64,000 nt of DNA. Source: Candidatus Poribacteria bacterium (GTDB lineage: Bacteria; Poribacteria; WGA-4E; GCA-2687025). Positions 60,778 through 64,000 of the stretch are shown one piece after another. The stretch lies in the NCBI GenBank assembly GCA_963665845.2, contig OY762492.1:64001-128000 (forward strand), read 5' to 3'. A program made the position numbers and the translations under genes. Below the pieces are notes generated by a model, which did no database searches, had not been told where the DNA came from, and worked only from the letters and a program-made list of their open reading frames with translations. Each line of letters begins with the position of its first letter. Positions within the stretch are counted from its first letter, which is position 1.

Positions 60778-60870
60778 GCCGCTGTTGAATATCGTTCGGA
60801 AGAAGCTGGGGTTTTAGCCCGTCTATATTATCGACAGCGTATAATATAGAGCGCGAACCCGTCTATGCTA
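60778..60870 (+). repeat. Direct repeat copy 2
   Basis: GCCGCTGTTGAATATCGTTCGGAAGAAGCTGGGGTTTTAGCCCGTCTATATTATCGACAGC... Confidence 0.85.
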
Positions 60871-60903
60871 AAGGCTGCCTTTAATATGGGACGCTGTTTT
60901 CCG

Positions 60904-62070
60904 TTACGGGCTTTCATCGCTGAATAGGTCGAGATAATCGACGTACCAGAATAGGCGGTTGCGCGTCTGCTCCGTAAGCTCGCTTAGAATGCGAGCCTCC
61001 ACCAATCGCTTCACAAGGTCGTTGGCTGCTGGATAGGACGTTCCAATGATGTTCTGCACTTCTTTCACAGAGATCACTGGAGATTCGTATAGACGCTCCA
61101 GCACTTGATGCCCGTTTGCGGCTGTCCGCCCAAAGTTTTCCGTGATCGCATGGCGATGTTTTTCGCGCAGCAAAATAATCCGGCGGGCTGTATCGGCCGC
61201 TTGGCGGGCGACTTCATTCACGCCGCGCAGAAAGAAGAGGAGCCATTCTTCCCATGTCCCGGCGTCTCGGATCGACTGGAGTTGGTCGTAATATTGCGGG
61301 CGATTCCGCTTGAAAAAATAGGACAGATACAGAACAGGTTTCTGCAGCGCCTGCCGCTCGCAGAGAAGAAAGGTGATCAACAGACGCCCGACGCGGCCGT
61401 TTCCATCGTTGAATGGATGGATCGTTTCAAACTGCGCATGCGCCAACCCGATTTTGATGAGCAGCGGCAGATGAGCGTCGGACTGGATAAATGATTCCAG
61501 GTTCAACATGTCTTCCCTGACCTGATGCGGCGGAGGCGGGACAAAGACCGCTTCATGAATTGAGCAGCCGGGCGGCCCGATTATGCTCTGCTTGATTCGC
61601 AGTTCGCCTGGCGCGAGGTCTCCCCCGCGGACGCCTTCCATCAGCTTTTGATGGATTTCGCAAATTAAGCGAGTCGAAACAGGCGCCTCCTGCAGTCTGT
61701 CTAAGCCGTAACGCATGGCGCGGACATAATTGACCACCTCGCCCGTGTCGTCCAAACGATGCGGGCTGTCGTCCATCGATTCCGCTTTAATCAGATCCAC
61801 CAACGAACTCTGCGCGCCTTCGATTTGGCTGGATAACACCGCCTCCTTGCGCACATACATCTTCGTGAACATATCTGGATTCGGCAGCGTCCATATCGAC
61901 CCGTCCAGCCGACCGACAGCGCGGTCCGCCTGAGAAAGCCGCTCCAGCAACTCGCCCTCAATCGCAATGGGCGGGTCGGACGGCGGCAGCGGGTTTGGGA
62001 AAAAAGCCTTGTAGCCTTTTCGCTGGCGGATGTATTGACCCGCTCTGTTGGAGGTTGCGCGGCTGTTCAT
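60904..62070 (-). CDS. Fic family protein (N-terminal SSQIEG inhibitory motif, C-terminal wHTH)
   Basis: HPFNDGNGRVGR; EAVLSSQIEG; ATGA overlap with the SIR2 stop. Confidence 0.92.
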   Translation of the reverse strand: MNSRATSNRAGQYIRQRKGYKAFFPNPLPPSDPPIAIEGELLERLSQADRAVGRLDGSIWTLPNPDMFTKMYVRKEAVLSSQIEGAQSSLVDLIKAESMDDSPHRLDDTGEVVNYVRAMRYGLDRLQEAPVSTRLICEIHQKLMEGVRGGDLAPGELRIKQSIIGPPGCSIHEAVFVPPPPHQVREDMLNLESFIQSDAHLPLLIKIGLAHAQFETIHPFNDGNGRVGRLLITFLLCERQALQKPVLYLSYFFKRNRPQYYDQLQSIRDAGTWEEWLLFFLRGVNEVARQAADTARRIILLREKHRHAITENFGRTAANGHQVLERLYESPVISVKEVQNIIGTSYPAANDLVKRLVEARILSELTEQTRNRLFWYVDYLDLFSDESP

Positions 62071-63389
62071 ATCTTGCTCCAATCAAAATGCTCGGCCTCC
62101 GCTTCAACGATTCTGAGATTGTTTTTTCTATAACAATCCATCCCTTGGAATATAGTTACCACATATTCTTCCGGACGACATGAAAAAATATTCTGAACTG
62201 AGTTCCGAATATTTCTTGGGTGCTTATCCACTATCAGTATGTCTTTATCCTTGTTATCCCTAATAATGTCGTTTAGATGCTCATCGGCATAATTGAAGGA
62301 GTAGCCTACAATCACTATTCTAGCAGCGGAGTCTAAAATTTCTTTTGATTTATGCCATACATCGATGAAGCCCCAGGTATCAATTAAACCGGTCAAAGCC
62401 GGTTTGCATTTTAAAGGCGGAATAATACATGGAAGGCTATAGGAATCTGCGACTTCTTTTTCAAACCTGATCTCATTCGCAACAGTACTTTTGATGAATT
62501 CAACTGGGTCTATATTTTCGTCCATTGAACATTTTACCCCGTCAAGCATTCTTGTATAGTTAGACAGCTCACCATGAAAATAGTAGGGTGGATTGCCGCC
62601 AGTACGTTCAGCAGATTTTTGAGCAAAGGATGTATAATTAAGAGTAATCATTTCCCAATCATTAGGCAGTGAAGAATAAAAGGGGAGAGGTTTGCCATCG
62701 GAAAATTTGGAATATGCGGCTTCCTCTTGATGTTTAAGAAAAGCCCAAAGAGTCCATGCTTGATATATGTATCTTTTTATTTTCGCGACATCGTTTGTAT
62801 AAATCCCAAAGAAACTATCTGTTAGCAAGCGTTCGAAATTAATTAGGTTTGATGTAAGATGCCTCAATATACGGTGATTGGGGGTACGCAAGGCTGTATC
62901 TAGAAGGTTGTGTATAAGTTCATTAAACCTCCCAGTAAATGAAGCCCTTGATAGATCAATAACGTCGAAATCATCTATCGGAAACAAATTTTGTTGGGAA
63001 CCCCCTTCATTAAGAAGCATCTTAATCTCTGGGCTTATTCGTACATCCCTTTGAATTCCTTGAATTTTTATTAATATATTAATAATTAGCCTACCCATAT
63101 GTTTATCAGAAGCGTTTATATTTTCATCATTAAGTTCGTAATTAATACTCTCTACAATTGCATCTGTATCATCTCTGTAAGCATTTAACATATTTTGAAC
63201 AGTTTCTGTCGCGAGTGTACTGTACATGAACCTGAGATACGGTAAAGCATCTCTGAGAGATTTGTCAACAGCTTTCCCATCTTCTGTGTTCAAAAACTCG
63301 GTGATTTTCGGGATAAGCTCCGACGCTAAAGGCATGCCTGCCGCTCTGTCCGCGCCTGCTCCGCAAATGACGACCGTTTTCTTTTCCAT
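62067..63389 (-). CDS. SIR2-like domain protein (AT-rich gene)
   Basis: CGAGAD..AGMP, TLNY, FHG, VGYSFNYADEH; AGGAG RBS; TTGACA-18-TAGAGT upstream. Confidence 0.8.
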   Translation of the reverse strand: MEKKTVVICGAGADRAAGMPLASELIPKITEFLNTEDGKAVDKSLRDALPYLRFMYSTLATETVQNMLNAYRDDTDAIVESINYELNDENINASDKHMGRLIINILIKIQGIQRDVRISPEIKMLLNEGGSQQNLFPIDDFDVIDLSRASFTGRFNELIHNLLDTALRTPNHRILRHLTSNLINFERLLTDSFFGIYTNDVAKIKRYIYQAWTLWAFLKHQEEAAYSKFSDGKPLPFYSSLPNDWEMITLNYTSFAQKSAERTGGNPPYYFHGELSNYTRMLDGVKCSMDENIDPVEFIKSTVANEIRFEKEVADSYSLPCIIPPLKCKPALTGLIDTWGFIDVWHKSKEILDSAARIVIVGYSFNYADEHLNDIIRDNKDKDILIVDKHPRNIRNSVQNIFSCRPEEYVVTIFQGMDCYRKNNLRIVEAEAEHFDWSKI

Positions 63390-63488
63390 CCCGATGCTCC
63401 TCGCTTTCTCGTTGCGCTCAAAACTTCGGCTCAACGCCGTTTCTTTCTTATGCCCATACTCTACCACAAGGGCGCGACCCGTGTCAAC

Positions 63489-64000
63489 TCAAAAGAGCGT
63501 TTGTTTCAAGAGGTCGCCTGTGTAAGGGTCAGCCATCGGCGGCAAGGGGCATGGACGCTCGTTGAAAAACTCCTCGATTGACCAGAGGCTGAGGCGCGGA
63601 TACGCTTGCCCGCGGACGACGATATCGCCCAAATCGGCTGCATTCGCTCTTGCGGTTGAGGAAGTGACCGTTTCTAGCGTAATGAAGCGTCCGATAGCCG
63701 CCTCGCTGCGTTCAACAACGCCGATAAAGTCGCGCAGGCTGCTCAAGTTAAACCGCCCGCCTTTCACCTGCGCCAGCGCCAGTCTGGATTTCCAGTTGTC
63801 AGGCTGGTCGTATATAGTGGCGCGTCCGTCCACGCCTCCGTCGGCAACCTGCTTCGTATTCGGGACGAATCCTGACAATCGGTTCACCGCCCAGGATTCA
63901 AATTCAAAGGGCGATTCCTTTGCCATTTTTTGCGCCGACACAAAATCCGCCGGGATTCCATGAACCGGTATCGTCAAGTCCTTCATGCGCTGCTCGCGTA
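63489..64000 (-). CDS. C-terminal Mrr-like restriction domain, probably of a DNA methyltransferase fusion (partial)
   Basis: PFEFESWAV, DGGVDG, AQVKGG; frame open to the right edge. Confidence 0.7.
   Translation of the reverse strand, partial: REQRMKDLTIPVHGIPADFVSAQKMAKESPFEFESWAVNRLSGFVPNTKQVADGGVDGRATIYDQPDNWKSRLALAQVKGGRFNLSSLRDFIGVVERSEAAIGRFITLETVTSSTARANAADLGDIVVRGQAYPRLSLWSIEEFFNERPCPLPPMADPYTGDLLKQTLF

Overview
GC-rich bacterial window, most likely from a Ca. Poribacteria-type genome. This is an inference from a LamG protein ending VDPQGKAAVSWGLLKSE, a WD40 protein with an NYPNPFNPETWIPF tail, and the many Gfo/Idh/MocA, PhyH and sulfatase genes. It holds about 55 CDS, and I found no rRNA, tRNA or CRISPR array. 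Contents: a >1660-aa LysM/M28-like membrane protein running off the left edge (missed by the ORF track); a 10-gene sulfur-carrier cysteine operon with DsrEFH; a NIPSNAP-nucleotidyltransferase-UvrA cluster; tandem UvrD paralogs lacking the 2B subdomain; a catalytically degenerate P-type ATPase; and two defence-like islands (EcoRV-like R-M + Hsp70-TPR + degenerate helicase; MTase/Mrr-like + SIR2 + Fic + AAA, with a duplicated gene end). Two MITE families share one palindromic core. Best candidates for something new: (1) four sigma70 promoters in ~67-bp tandem upstream of an orphan secreted-protein gene whose signal peptide is cut off from its start codon by a (CA)6 tract; (2) the Hsp70-TPR/helicase-like pair attached to an R-M system; (3) the Δ2B helicase pair; (4) the DsrEFH plus masked-GG carrier sulfur relay. 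All functional assignments come from motif reading by eye; no database searches were run.
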